Origin: Octopus sinensis
Lineage: Eukaryota
NCBI RefSeq assembly: GCF_006345805.1
Contig: NC_043012.1
Span: 11,656,001-11,720,000, forward strand
Direction of reading: 5' to 3'
Length of the DNA: 64,000 bases
Every line of letters starts with the position of its first letter. Positions within the stretch are counted from its first letter, which is position 1. A model generated the notes under the pieces. It ran no database searches. It was not told the origin of the DNA and worked only from the letters and a program-made list of their open reading frames with translations. The position numbers were made by a program, and so were the translations under genes. Positions 1 through 11,552 of the stretch are shown here, piece after piece.

Positions 1-117
1 GGAGGCTGGTATGCATGGGTGATGCTGGTCTTCCAGAAAACAACCATGCCCAGACTTGTGTCTCGGGGGGTAACTTTCTAGGTGCAATCCCATGGTCATT
101 CATGACTGAAGGGGGTC
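1..117 (+). mobile_element. 3' end of SINE family B (truncated by window edge)
   Basis: Aligns by eye with the 3' part of the fuller copy at 24059-24390 (ggaggc.ggtatgcatggg...ccatggtca.tcatgac.gaagggg). Confidence 0.75.
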
Positions 118-1252
118 ACAGCTCAAAGAAGGACTACTTTACGCGATGATTTTTATTTTGAGAAAAATTAAGGTTTAATCTGAGAGGGATTCCGCTGTTA
201 ATTCTAGCTGTACAAGCAACCATGTATAGGGTGTACCGTTGGTTTGTTTAGTTTCGGTAGTGTATGAGAATTTGATAACGCTCACTGTGTCTACAGCTGC
301 AGCCTGGTTCAGCACAATCAAAACCTCACTTGATGATGCTGAATAAATAGGGCCGTCAGTTTACAGCTGAACAGCATCAAGTGCAGACGTGAGACAGTAT
401 TTTCAGCCCTGTTTTGGAGTGAAATGTTTGATTGTTATTTTAGTGTCACGTGTAACTGTAAATTTTTTCCCCCACTCTATCTTATCTGTTGTACATAAAC
501 CCCACATTTTCTTGGCTATTTATAATACAGTCTGCCGTTATTTAGACATATGACATTTACAGAAACTTAGTCAGCATACTATGACTTAGTAACCATTGTA
601 GCCCAGTGGCAAAAAGGAATTGAAGGCAACAGAAATTGGCATGCGGTCTATATTAAAACTATTAAATTGGTCATAACAGTTCCTGTTTAACAATATTAAG
701 GAAATGATGAGGGCCGAATGAATAAGGCATCATAGCAATCATTTACAAGATGTCGTTCGAGGCAACTAGGAAACCACAGAAATAGCAACCATATTCCATT
801 CAAAGCACACCATACTAATATAAAAAGGGAATGGCAGAGTGGACAACGTACTCCTGAATAAATTGTCAACAAATAAGATGGGATGGTTATGGGTGGCACG
901 CTCTGATTATGTATATGCTTTATCAAAACCATCCTGGGTATTAAGAACGGTAGATCAAAAGTTTTGCAGTTCGTATTTCGATACAGTGTGTCTATACATG
1001 AGAGACTTAATTCTCAAATAGCCTAGAGCTCCTGGCTTATGGAGTATATAAAAAACAACACTAACAATAAATTCAACAATGTTAGCAGTAGTACCACTAT
1101 ACTCTTGAGTATTTTGTTAGCTTACAATACTGCTTTCCAATCCAGCTACTGGAAAATTCTAGAGTTTGTTGATGAATTGAGCGCAGTGGGAAAGTTTGAG
1201 GTCAGGCTCACAGGTTTACAGGTTTGATATAGTAACTCGAAGTACAGAGTGA

Positions 1253-1545
1253 AGGTGCGTGTTTTAGTGGTTAGATTATTCGGCCCACGATCGTAAGGTC
1301 CTGAGTTCGATATCCACTTTATTTCGCGCTGCCCCAGTCTGCTCAGTTGGCAAAAATGAGTAGTTTCTGCATTTCAAAGGGCTAGCCTTGCCACATCCTG
1401 TGTCCTGTTGAATATCCCTGAGAACTGCGTTAAGGGTACGCGTGTCTGTGGAGTACTCAGCCACTTGCACGTTAAATTCACGAACAGGCTGTTCCGTTGA
1501 TAGCATCAACTAGAACTGTCGTCGTCGTAACCGACGGAGTACCAG
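1253..1545 (+). mobile_element. tRNA-derived SINE (family C)
   Basis: A-box-like tttagtggttag and B-box-like gagttcgatatcc, followed by a ~250 bp body ending gtaaccgacggagtacca. Confidence 0.6.
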
Positions 1546-1682
1546 AAATACTCACGCACAAAGTCAAGTGGGCTTGAATCTATATACAGATTCGCAAAAC
1601 CTTCATGCCGATTCTTGACTAGCTGCTGCTTCCAGCTGTTATTTATTTGTTTAATTCAGTTTCTTTTCAGCGACCACCAAAA

Positions 1683-1692
1683 GCGCATGCGC
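1683..1692. promoter_or_regulatory. NRF-1/Ewg-type palindrome GCGCATGCGC in a locally CpG-rich unique stretch
   Basis: Exact 10-bp consensus; CCAAT at 1796-1800; minus-strand donor GTGAGT at 1555-1550. Confidence 0.35.
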
Positions 1693-2170
1693 TGAATTAC
1701 AGAACGAATAAACTTCTACATGTGTATATGAAACGAGAACTTCACACTCGAACGCGTACTGCACGCTATGCTTCACAGATCGGTACGAATTAAATCCAAT
1801 AGCAAACCAAAGATGACGGAACTGTTACAACCTTCATTCGTCTTCACAGCTGTTGAGTTCAAATAAACTTTATCCGTTAAATCTAGCGTTAAGATCATCT
1901 AGATGGTACTTTGGGTCATTCTCAAGACTTTATAGACTTTGACCTTCCGACTATGGGTAACTTTAACCAAATTAATGTTTCTGACGGCATCGCTCTCGGA
2001 ATCGCAGGAGCCCTGTCTTCACTATAAGGCATAAAACATTGCAACGCCGCTTATCGCCTTAGAAATAGTTATTTTTTACATAGAGGCACGACCAGAACAG
2101 AACTTTAAAACGTTGTTATAGTTGATTTAAATATCAATGAAGCATTGCGTTATGTTACTTTTTTCAATAT

Positions 2171-2537
2171 ACATGGTTCCGGGTTCAGTCCCACTACGAG
2201 GCATCTTAGCAAGTGTATTCTACTATAGCCTCGGGCCGACAAAAGCCTTGTGAGTGGATTTGGTAGACGGAAACTGAAAGCAGCCCGTCGTACATATGTA
2301 TATATATATTATGTGTGTGTGTGCATATATGTTTGTGTGTCTATGTTTGTCCCTCCCTCAACATCGCTTGACAATCGATGTTGGTGTGTTTACGTACCCG
2401 TAACTTAACGGTTCGGCAAAAGAGACCGATAGAATAAGTACTAGATTTACAAAGAAAAAGTCCTGGGATCGATTTGCTCGGCTAAAGGCGATGCTCCAGC
2501 ATGGCCGCAGTCAAATGACTGACACAAGTAAAAGAGT
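2171..2537 (+). mobile_element. SINE family A (tRNA head, CORE-like segment, internal microsatellite, 3' tail), 5'-truncated
   Basis: ggttccgggttcagtccc B-box, ...gcaagtgt.ttctactatagcc segment, and the tail shared with 13930, 25068, 36753, 50263 and 52109. Confidence 0.85.
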
Positions 2538-2599
2538 ATATTTTCACGAATGACTTTCAAAAAAGTTAATATTACAACGAAAGTTAATGTTACGACTCA

Positions 2600-2832
2600 C
2601 GTTCTGAGATCAATTTCCTCCGACTTTGCCTTTCATCCTTTTCGGGTCGATTGAATATGTACCAGTTACGCACTGGGGCCGATGTAATCGACTTAATCCC
2701 TTTGTCCTGTCCTTGTTTGTCCCATCTATCTTTAGCCTCCGGTGGGCAATAAAGAAATAGATATACTGGGGTCGATGTAATCGTTTTACTCCGCCAAAAT
2801 TGCTGGTCTTGTGTCAAAATTTGAAATCAATA
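2600..2832 (+). mobile_element. Deu/Nin-domain-like SINE, partial
   Basis: gactttgcctttcatcctt..gggtcgat...gtaccagttacgcactgggg; this segment resembles the Deu/Nin SINE domain as I recall it. Confidence 0.75.
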
Positions 2833-3029
2833 TTACCGTGGAATGTTTTCTCTTTCGCTCATATACTTTCAATCTTTTTGTCTTCCAATAAATTTTTCTC
2901 TCTTTTTAGAGTCATGTCTCTCTTTCAACTTAGTATTCGGGTAATATTTCAGCAAATGTTTTCGACCCCTGTTTCTAACCCTCCTCTCAACACACACACG
3001 TACACACACACACAGACACACACACACAC

Positions 3030-3448
3030 ACGCGCAGCCTATGTTGTGTATGTGTTTGTTTGTCTGTTGAGCGAAGCGGTCTTCGTCCCAGAGCTCGCAA
3101 GATCGCGCTTCTGTTGTGGGAAAAGTCCGAAACGTGGTCCTTTGCTATTCGTAAGACCTGCAGAAGACAAAGCAGGTCAACCCCCGACACCGAGAGCATC
3201 AACGGATGGATGAATGCGCATCCACGCTCAGCGGTTACGTAGGAAGTCGGGGACAAGAAACAAGAAGAAAGAGTGAGAGAAAGTTGGATCACAAGAGTAC
3301 AACAGGGGTCGCCACCCCCTGCTGGACCCTCGTGGAACATTAGGTGTTTTCGCTCAATAAACACACACAACGCCCAGTCTGGGAATCGATACCGCGATCC
3401 TCCGACCGCGAGACCGCTGCCCTAACGACTGGGCCATTGCGCCTCCAC
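3030..3448 (-). mobile_element. tRNA-derived SINE (family D)
   Basis: Minus-strand head gtggaggcgcaatggcccagtcgttagg...gtatcgattcccag (A/B boxes), then a ~350 bp GC-richer body. Confidence 0.65.
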
Positions 3449-3708
3449 TGTGTATGTGTGTATGTGTGAGTGGGATAGACATTGGCACACACATAAGTTA
3501 CTCGCGAACATTCACCTATTGATGTAATTTATATTGCACCTGAATAGATAACTACTGAAATATCGTTGAAATTATTTCAGAAACATTGAGATACGTCGTT
3601 ATCAAATAGTTGTGTATCTCTGCCTTAGCTCAGCTCAGCTTCTGGAGCGAGCTTAGATCGTCAGATTAAATTAATCGACGCTTACCGTACCTGTGTGAGT
3701 GCGTATTT

Positions 3709-3741
<33 letters not shown>

Positions 3742-3921
3742 GTATGTGTTTTTGTGTGTGAAGGTGTGTAAGAGATAGACTGTCGAAGCGTGCACACTTG
3801 CTTATGTGTGTGTATTGCTCCTGGTATTTGCACCTATGTATATTTACGTAGATGTGTTTGTATGTATAGATACATACATGCACACACAGAGGCACATAAT
3901 ATATATATACACATATATATA

Positions 3922-3959
<38 letters not shown>

Positions 3960-4053
3960 CATATATATACATATGTATGCATACATACATTTATATATAT
4001 ATATATATATATATATCAATATATATATGTATATCTATATCTATATATATATA

Positions 4054-4092
<39 letters not shown>

Positions 4093-4546
4093 TATATGTA
4101 TGTGTTTACGTTTTACAGATACACAGCTACCTGCACACGCACACACACACACACACACACTCACACACACACACACACACACATACACATACATCTGAAT
4201 ACGCATAGCAAGAGATGTAGATTGGCAACAAAAAAGAAAGGTTTCATTATCTCCTTACTTGATGAGGTATTTTGAAATCATCTCTTGCTGTTGTGTTGCG
4301 AAGTCATAGCATTCGATGTGTGACGAGATGAAGACTATAAGACACGTGCCAATAATGGCATCCATTTACAAGTTTTACGGTAAAATACCTTTGCATAATT
4401 CATTGTTGATGTTCACCATGTGTTCCTCTGCAGGTTTCTGCTTAGGAAGACATGTCAAAGAGTTCTAAGAATATAAGTATCACCATGTGTTGAGTCTTTT
4501 TTGAGAGGGCCATTCTTTCTCCCCCACACACACAAATACATATTTT

Positions 4547-4713
4547 AGGTGCAAGTGTGACTGTATGGTAAGAAACTTGCTACTCAACCACATTGTATTT
4601 CCGGGTTCAATCCCACTGCGTGGCATTTTAGGCAAGTGTCTTCTACTATAGCTTCGGTCCGCCCAAAACCCTGCGAGTGGATTTGGTAGACGGAAACTGC
4701 GAGAAGCTCGTTG
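4547..4713 (+). mobile_element. SINE family A, 5' half
   Basis: Matches the head of the copy at 13930; ends in (AT)n. Confidence 0.8.
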
Positions 4714-4715
4714 TA

Positions 4716-4749
<34 letters not shown>

Positions 4750-4770
4750 AATATATATATATATGTATAT

Positions 4771-4802
<32 letters not shown>

Positions 4803-4841
4803 GCATACATACATATATATATATTATATATATATATATCA

Positions 4842-5123
4842 TATAAAAGATCGTGGGTAAGGTCAAAACAATACGAAGTAAATGCAAGGTAAATCACAAG
4901 AAAACAAATATGTGAAATAATGTAGACTTACCTTATATTCAGTATTTAGGGAGTATGACCCCATTTTCAAGAAATTGACGGCGCCCATCGGCAACATTCG
5001 TTAATTTCTTGAAAATGGGTCATAACCCCAAAATATTGAATACAAGGTAAGTCTACATAAATTCACATATTTGTTTTCTTTGCATTTAATTCGCATTGTT
5101 TTGGCCACCCACGATCTTTTATA
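4842..5123. mobile_element. Palindromic MITE (~130 bp arms, ~18 bp spacer)
   Basis: Left arm tataaaagatcgtgggt...tttcaagaaattgacg is the near reverse complement of cgttaatttcttgaaa...acccacgatcttttata. Confidence 0.8.
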
Positions 5124-5393
5124 CAATATATTCTACACAAAGCTTCATAGTAATTATTCCATTATACTATATATATGCATATATATATATATATATATAT
5201 ATATCTCGGTGCAAATGGTTTTATGTTTGTAAATAATAATAGACTTATATAATTTCCATTATTATTATTTACAGGATTGTAAAACCCGGTACCGTATAAC
5301 AAAACCATTCGCATCGAAAGCACATAGAAAGTTTGCTTACAAATGCAACTATGAACTAATATAGTTCTTGACTTTGACAAGCACAAAGATGCT

Positions 5394-5466
5394 AATTCGG
5401 TGGTGTAGTGGTAACACACTTAGTCGCGTTAACGAAGGGATGTAGGTGTCGAGTCCCGCACGGAAA
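5394..5466 (+). pseudogene. Degenerate tRNA-like sequence (tRNA pseudogene or SINE head)
   Basis: A-box tggtgtagtgg, D-stem gtgt/acac, degenerate B-box gtgtcgagtccc; anticodon arm does not pair. Confidence 0.4.
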
Positions 5467-5598
5467 GGAAACCCTTTGTTTTCTGTCGAGGGCTTATATG
5501 CCCCATTATTAGAGTATTTTTCTTAGTCATTGCACGGTGATCGATATTTATATATGTGTGTATATATTTGTGAGGGTGTGTGTGTCTGCTTTTGTCCC

Positions 5599-5633
<35 letters not shown>

Positions 5634-5791
5634 TATTTGCATAACTTGCTTGTCCTGACATTTACTCCTCTACCGGCTCAAGTTCAGATCTCTTGAGCAC
5701 TACGAAAAGAATACCTGCCTGTAATATATATGTGTGTGTGTGCGTGTGTGTGTCTCTCTCTCTCTATATATATATAAAGCTAAGTGTGAGT

Positions 5792-5830
<39 letters not shown>

Positions 5831-5897
5831 TTAACTTCAACGTACGAAAATCTAGGCCTTTGAGTCACTTACTTAGCTTTATGAGAAATGAGAATAG

Positions 5898-5934
<37 letters not shown>

Positions 5935-7554
5935 ACAGGTAGAGTATAGCTATGTGATGTCTGTGTCTACATCTAAATACACTTTAGATGATGAGTTCAC
6001 AAGATACGACTTAGAAATACCTTCAAAGGGAATCTAATTGTATCACGTAACATCTGTGTTATGCTGTGCAAGTGTTTGCTTAATGTGTGTGCGTAGGGCA
6101 TGGGTATGCACGCGCGCCTGTTGGCGTGTGAACGGCGCGCGTTTTCGCATTTATATTCGTGCGTTTGCGTATAACCTTCTGCAAACATCTGTTTGCGCAA
6201 AATAATATATATCTGCTTGAATGAATGTACTACGCTGTCATATACATACATGCATGCAAACATACACGCTCATACATACATACATACATACATACATACA
6301 TACATACATGTGTACACGTGCTCTATGTATGTCTGCGTGTATACATACACATTTATATGTGTGCACACACACACATATATAAATATATATGTGTTTATAT
6401 AGACAGATATGTATGGGGGTATCTATGTATGTACATAAAGCAGCTTAGTGGAATATGATACTTAATGCGGGGTTTACCATTAGCAGACAGTAAATCTGTT
6501 AATGAGGGAGCTTACGAAGGAGAAGGAACTACTTTCAAATCCCATCAGTGGCTATTATAATACACATTACCGGTGCTGTAATGACATAATTAACCAGCCA
6601 TCAACACATCTCTTGTAAATCTGAGCTTTTATAATGATGCGTAAAGAACTATATATCCATCCCTATAAAGACGCGCGCACACAGACACACACACACGTGC
6701 GCGTGTGCGCTGGCGTATGTGTCTGTGCGTGTATGTAATATTTGCATGTATGTGTATGGCTGCGTGTGCATATGGGTGTGTATGTATGGATGCATTGATA
6801 TTTATGCATATGGGTATGTTTGTGGATGTACATTAAGGATGTGTCTGTATAACAGTATGTTGTGTGCGCATATACGTATGTATATTTTTACGTATGTATG
6901 TATGTATGTATGTATGTATGTATGTATGTATATGTGTATGTATGTATGTATGTATATGTGTATGTGTGTATGTATCTATGTATGTATATGTGTATGTATG
7001 TATGGGACAGTGTAAGAGTGTGCATGTATATTTAAAAGTATATATAAGTATATAAAAGAGCAAAGACGTACATAGCATTTTATATACAAATATGCGTCAC
7101 TTGAGTGTTTGCACATGCTGAAGACTGGGTCTGCTGTATCACTCATGGATTGCAGATTCCATTTGTTTATATATTTAACCAAATTTAACCAATCATAATT
7201 GATTTAATTAGGTATCACATTTTCGCTAAATTATTTTTTCTGTTTATTTATATATTTGTAACATTAAGATGTTTGTGTATATTTGAATATCGGTGTACGA
7301 TTACAAAGCAGCATTATATTTTTTCACCTACGATATAATTATGTTCTTTGATTCTCTGACACTAGTTCAGTGACGTCATATTTCGTGAAGAAATTTTTCT
7401 ACAGCTATGAACGAAATTCATTCCAAAGGTTTGAATCACAAAACCTCTCGTATTTTACACGGCCATTGATATGGTGCAACAGAAGTTAGTTTGGTAGTAA
7501 TGACATCTTCATGTAGCTAACGTTTTATCGTTTTTCTTATATTCAGTTCTCAAT

Positions 7555-7698
7555 ATGGCTTAGACCGGAGCACATTGTGCGTTTGTTATAGAAACAGTTA
7601 TCAAAAATGGCGAATCTTATAGGTTTGTTGCCGAACCCTATAGCATAACTGCTTTTACAGATTCAAGATATTCAGTTTCCGAGGCGATATTGAATTAG
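7555..7698 (+). pseudogene. Tc1/mariner transposase N-terminal remnant (DUF4817-type HTH)
   Basis: Translates MA*TGAHCAFVIETVIKNGES, matching the MAWTGEHRAFVVETFFKNGES-type start, with W mutated to stop. Confidence 0.55.
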
Positions 7699-7747
7699 TG
7701 AAAACGTAGATGGTTTGCTATTACATAAAATCTTAAAAATATAACGA

Positions 7748-7972
<225 letters not shown>

Positions 7973-8061
7973 TCACACACACAGTATACTGTTCTGCTAG
8001 GGTAAGATCAATAACGAAATTACTCCATCCAGTGAGAAATAAATACGTCCATAGTATAAAG

Positions 8062-8170
8062 AATTTTACAAATGAGGACGCTGGGACAAGAGAAATCACG
8101 AGAATAAACGAGAAGACGTTCTCGTTTTTTGTCGCGATTTCCTTTGTACCAGTGTCCTGATTTGTAAATT
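8062..8170. repeat. Short imperfect palindrome (MITE-like), ~50 bp arms
   Basis: tttacaaatgaggacgctgggacaag..aaacgagaa versus ttctcgttt..tttgtaccagtgtcctgatttgtaaa. Confidence 0.7.
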
Positions 8171-8226
8171 GTAAATTTTCCCTGTTAAAATTAATAAACA
8201 TGCACGGTACGGTACTAAAAGCTATC

Positions 8227-8585
8227 TGCGATCACATCATCTCTAACATCCTGCCACCTAACTCCCCAGACAGCAACTCCCTTGATTCTTATGTAATGGG
8301 CGCAGTTGAGTGAGAGACCCACAAAACTCTTTGTAACACCAAAGACGTACTGAAAGCAAGAATTATGGCAGCATTGACCAACTTAAACAAAGAGACCGTC
8401 CAGAAGATTTTCAGTCGTCTGGAGGTTGTAGTTGAAGCCAATGGCGATTTCATTGAATAAATTTTCTCTTTAGTATTTCAAGATTTTTTAATGTAATTTT
8501 GGTAAATATATCTGTTAAAATGAGATGTCAGTGTTATTTTTTTTTTTGCCTAATTTAGACTACAGTTTATTCACCACATCTTGTA
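8227..8585 (+). mobile_element. 3' end of a Tc1/mariner (maT/DD37D-like) element
   Basis: 8227-8460 reads ILPPNSPDSNSLDSYVMGAVE*ETHKTLCNTKDVLKARIMAALTNLNKETVQKIFSRLEVVVEANGDFIE* (WPPNSPDxNPLD motif); TIR-like end at ~8585. Confidence 0.75.
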
Positions 8586-8626
8586 CACACACACACACAC
8601 CACACACACACACACACATTTGTACA

Positions 8627-8745
8627 AACGGAATTTGAACTCAGAACGTAGCGCAGACGAAATACCGCTAGAGCATTTCGCCCGGCGTGCTAACGTTTCC
8701 GCTAGAGCATTTCGCCCGGCGTGCTAACGTTTCCGCTATCTCACC
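8627..8745 (-). mobile_element. Deu/Nin-type SINE head with a local tandem duplication
   Basis: cgctagagcatttcgcccggcgtgctaacgtttc occurs twice in tandem. Confidence 0.75.
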
Positions 8746-8759
8746 TTCGGATCTTGATG

Positions 8760-10040
8760 TTATGTAGCGGTCACGTGTTCAAGAAAGGCTGCATTTCAGG
8801 TCGATATTACAGTCTTCTTTAAGATTTCGGGAAACATGCCCATGCATAGACATTTAAAAAAAAACTTTTTAGTATGCTGAGTGTTTCACATCCAGGTCTT
8901 CGTTGAAGGTTTTGGGGTTTATGGAATGTCATCAAGAAGAGAGTGCTTCCTGAGGAGCTCACTTCCAACACGTATGGTACTGTTCTCTTCACTTTTCCCC
9001 GCTAAATTAATGTATTTATTTTAGCTGCTGTTGTTTAGCAAGTGCTATCCGAGAGATACACCACGATATCCTAAGTCTGTTTGCACTACTCTGAAGTCTC
9101 TACGTACTTAATCTCTTCTTAGGTAGAGCCTATCGATATCACTTGTCCTGTATAAATTTTCAGTTAATGTCAATATCCTGCGGGTTTTAACGTCTATGGA
9201 GTGGATTACTTCTACAGACTAGTCCAGTATCCAAAATGTTGGAATCAACACTGGTACTACAAATGCATTGTAAAATGTTGTCTTGTAATAGCAGAGTTCC
9301 GACTACCATATTTTTCTACGTCTGGCACAATATTTTCGGTCACATCTTTATTCACAATACTTTTATTAATTTTTTTATGAATGCCTCAGTACTTGTAGCT
9401 TTCTTTGTGTGAGCTGAGAGAGATAGTGAGGCCATTGGTGCACAGATTTTGGGTTTAAGGAACTGATTTTCACTGTTGAACAATCAAATATGAACATTTC
9501 TTTTGGCCAAATTCCATTGTTATGTCAGCTGAAAATGTTATTAATTCTAACTGTGCTTTTAGAATTATTAACATTTTTTTTGCATAAATCTTGGGTGTCA
9601 TTCACAAATAAATTATGGGTTATATTAATATTTCTAGCAGTTGTTTTAATGTTTCTAACATATAGCTATTTGATTTTTATAGCAGGAATGATAGCAGATT
9701 TAATGCCAAAATGAATAGAATTACGGGAAGACTATCTCCTTAGAATATTCTCTTTGAAATATTTATAACATTAGAGGAGATCGTTCCGCTCTCACTTCTA
9801 ACTGTAGGAATTGTTGTCCAAGTGTTTGTGAGCCTCTCAATAGCAGTAATTAAGTTAGCAGGCACTTTACCAATTGTAGACACTGCAGCAACTATGACTA
9901 GAGTATAGAGTCGAACGCTTTCTTATAATCAAGTCATACTGTTACAAGGCTTCTTTGCTGTTTTTCTCTCTTCAGACAGTACAGTATTATTTATAAAACA
10001 TTTTTCGGCACATCCCCACACTCTCTTATTTCCACCTGTC
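8760..10040 (-). mobile_element. Degenerate R4/Dong-clade LINE, RT and thumb region
   Basis: Minus frames give GDSLPVILFILALN, THNLFVND (LFVDD motif), NAFVVPVLIPTF, DVKTRRILT and SDIDRLYL, with many stops and shifts. Confidence 0.75.
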
Positions 10041-10059
10041 CCTCATCAGTCACATGTAT

Positions 10060-10168
<109 letters not shown>

Positions 10169-10399
10169 CACACAAACATCCTGTAAATAATAATGATGGT
10201 ATCTTTATGTAAAATTAAAGGTTATGGAGATCACCACGGAATGACGTAGGAAAATAGTCTAATAAAGGAGCATATGAGCCCTCGACAGTAAAAAGAAGGC
10301 TTTCCTATCCGCGTGGGAGTCGAACATACATACATCTCTCTGTGTCTCTCTTTGTTTTGTTGACTACACGTACCGAGAAAGACTATCATTGACCATTGC

Positions 10400-10960
10400 C
10401 CTGGCAAAATGGTAGCAACGCCCGTCCATGAGGTTATTCCTCTAACGGTCGGCTTCATCCGGGTTTGTATCCGCGACTTCCATGCTCACCATGGAACCCT
10501 CCTACTCGACCGGGCACTGGAGAATCGCCTCGCCGGAAATTGCACAACCTAAAATCTTTAGGTCCGATAAGGTTTGCACAGGCACCTCACAAACCATCTC
10601 CACCCTACTGACATGAATCAGAGACAAGGCAAATCAAGATATCCAGTTCCAAGACTCAGGAATGTGGGATTCAAGAATGTGCCAAGGCTCAGGAATGTGG
10701 GAGTATCATGATCTCAAGAGCAAGTAAAAGAATCCCCAAAATGTCCAATGCCATTCCCTGATACCTGGCTTTATATCAGACCGATCTTCCAGAGACATTG
10801 TTTAGACTGCAGTGCCCTAGAAATTGGAGGGGTGAGTAGATGAGTGGGTAAGTTCGCGAAAAAGCAGTGGGGGACAGAGGGTGGAGAGAATGCAGTGAGT
10901 GAGCACAGGCAGGCGAGTGGGTATTAGGAGGATATACTGTGGGGAAGAGATTCAACACGG
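10400..10960 (+). mobile_element. Possible gypsy LTR-retrotransposon remnant (integrase end, PPT, LTR start)
   Basis: RKLHNLKSLGPIRF resembles the KLxPKxxGPY motif; purine run ggagggg followed by TG at ~10832. Weak. Confidence 0.25.
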
Positions 10961-11172
10961 ACTGTGTGCAGGTAGTTTCGTAATTGTGAGTTCGAGAAGG
11001 GAGTAAACCGATTACATCGAACCCACTGCTCAGTTGGTACTTACTTCATCGACCCTGAATGGATGAAAGGCAAAATCGATCCTGTTTCTAAGTCGCGAAG
11101 CAGGGCATTTTCAACTATTTAAAAACAAGAGACTACTATATTCACTTTTCATTTAACACACACACATATACT

Positions 11173-11199
<27 letters not shown>

Positions 11200-11205
<6 letters not shown>

Positions 11206-11398
11206 CATAGGGAGAATTTACAAAAATAAAACAAAAAACAAAAGACGAAGACGGGTGTGTAAACAACAAACAGATGTATTAATTTAACGCTCAGGAAGTG
11301 AGAAAGTATTTTACGTTTCGAGCCTACGCTCTTCGACAGAAAAGAACACAGAAATAAATAGGGAGAGAAAATAAAAAAGGGAGAGAAAAATGAAATAC

Positions 11399-11400
<2 letters not shown>
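11200..11400 (-). mobile_element. Short PLE/retrozyme-like repeat with variant hammerhead motif (copy 1)
   Basis: Minus 11345-11307 reads ucuuuu CUGUCGA A GAGC guag GCUC GAAAC GUA aaau; flanks shared with copies at 20745, 23780, 50160, 52545 and 57775. Confidence 0.7.
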
Positions 11401-11461
<61 letters not shown>

Positions 11462-11552
11462 GTAACAACAGAAAAACGAGACCTTGATATTGGAGGAAAA
11501 GAGGATAAAATATATTATAAATTAGAACAAACAGTAAAAGGTCGTCATTATA

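Noticed and set aside
327-383. Hairpin cacttgatg(at)gctg / cagcatcaagtg as a pre-miRNA
   Set aside because: Only ~12 bp pair around a 30-nt poorly paired loop; more likely an old MITE remnant.
700-1030. Possible gypsy integrase remnant (STPY..GNGRVDNVLLNKL)
   Set aside because: Needs frameshifts and matches only a few residues; not supportable without an HMM search.
3111-3139. Hammerhead-like CUGUUGU GGGA AAAG UCC GAAAC GUG
   Set aside because: Two core changes, a non-cleavable GUG triplet and no stem I; lies antisense within a SINE body.
5394-5466. Functional tRNA gene
   Set aside because: The anticodon and T arms do not fold and the B-box is degenerate; kept only as a pseudogene or SINE head.
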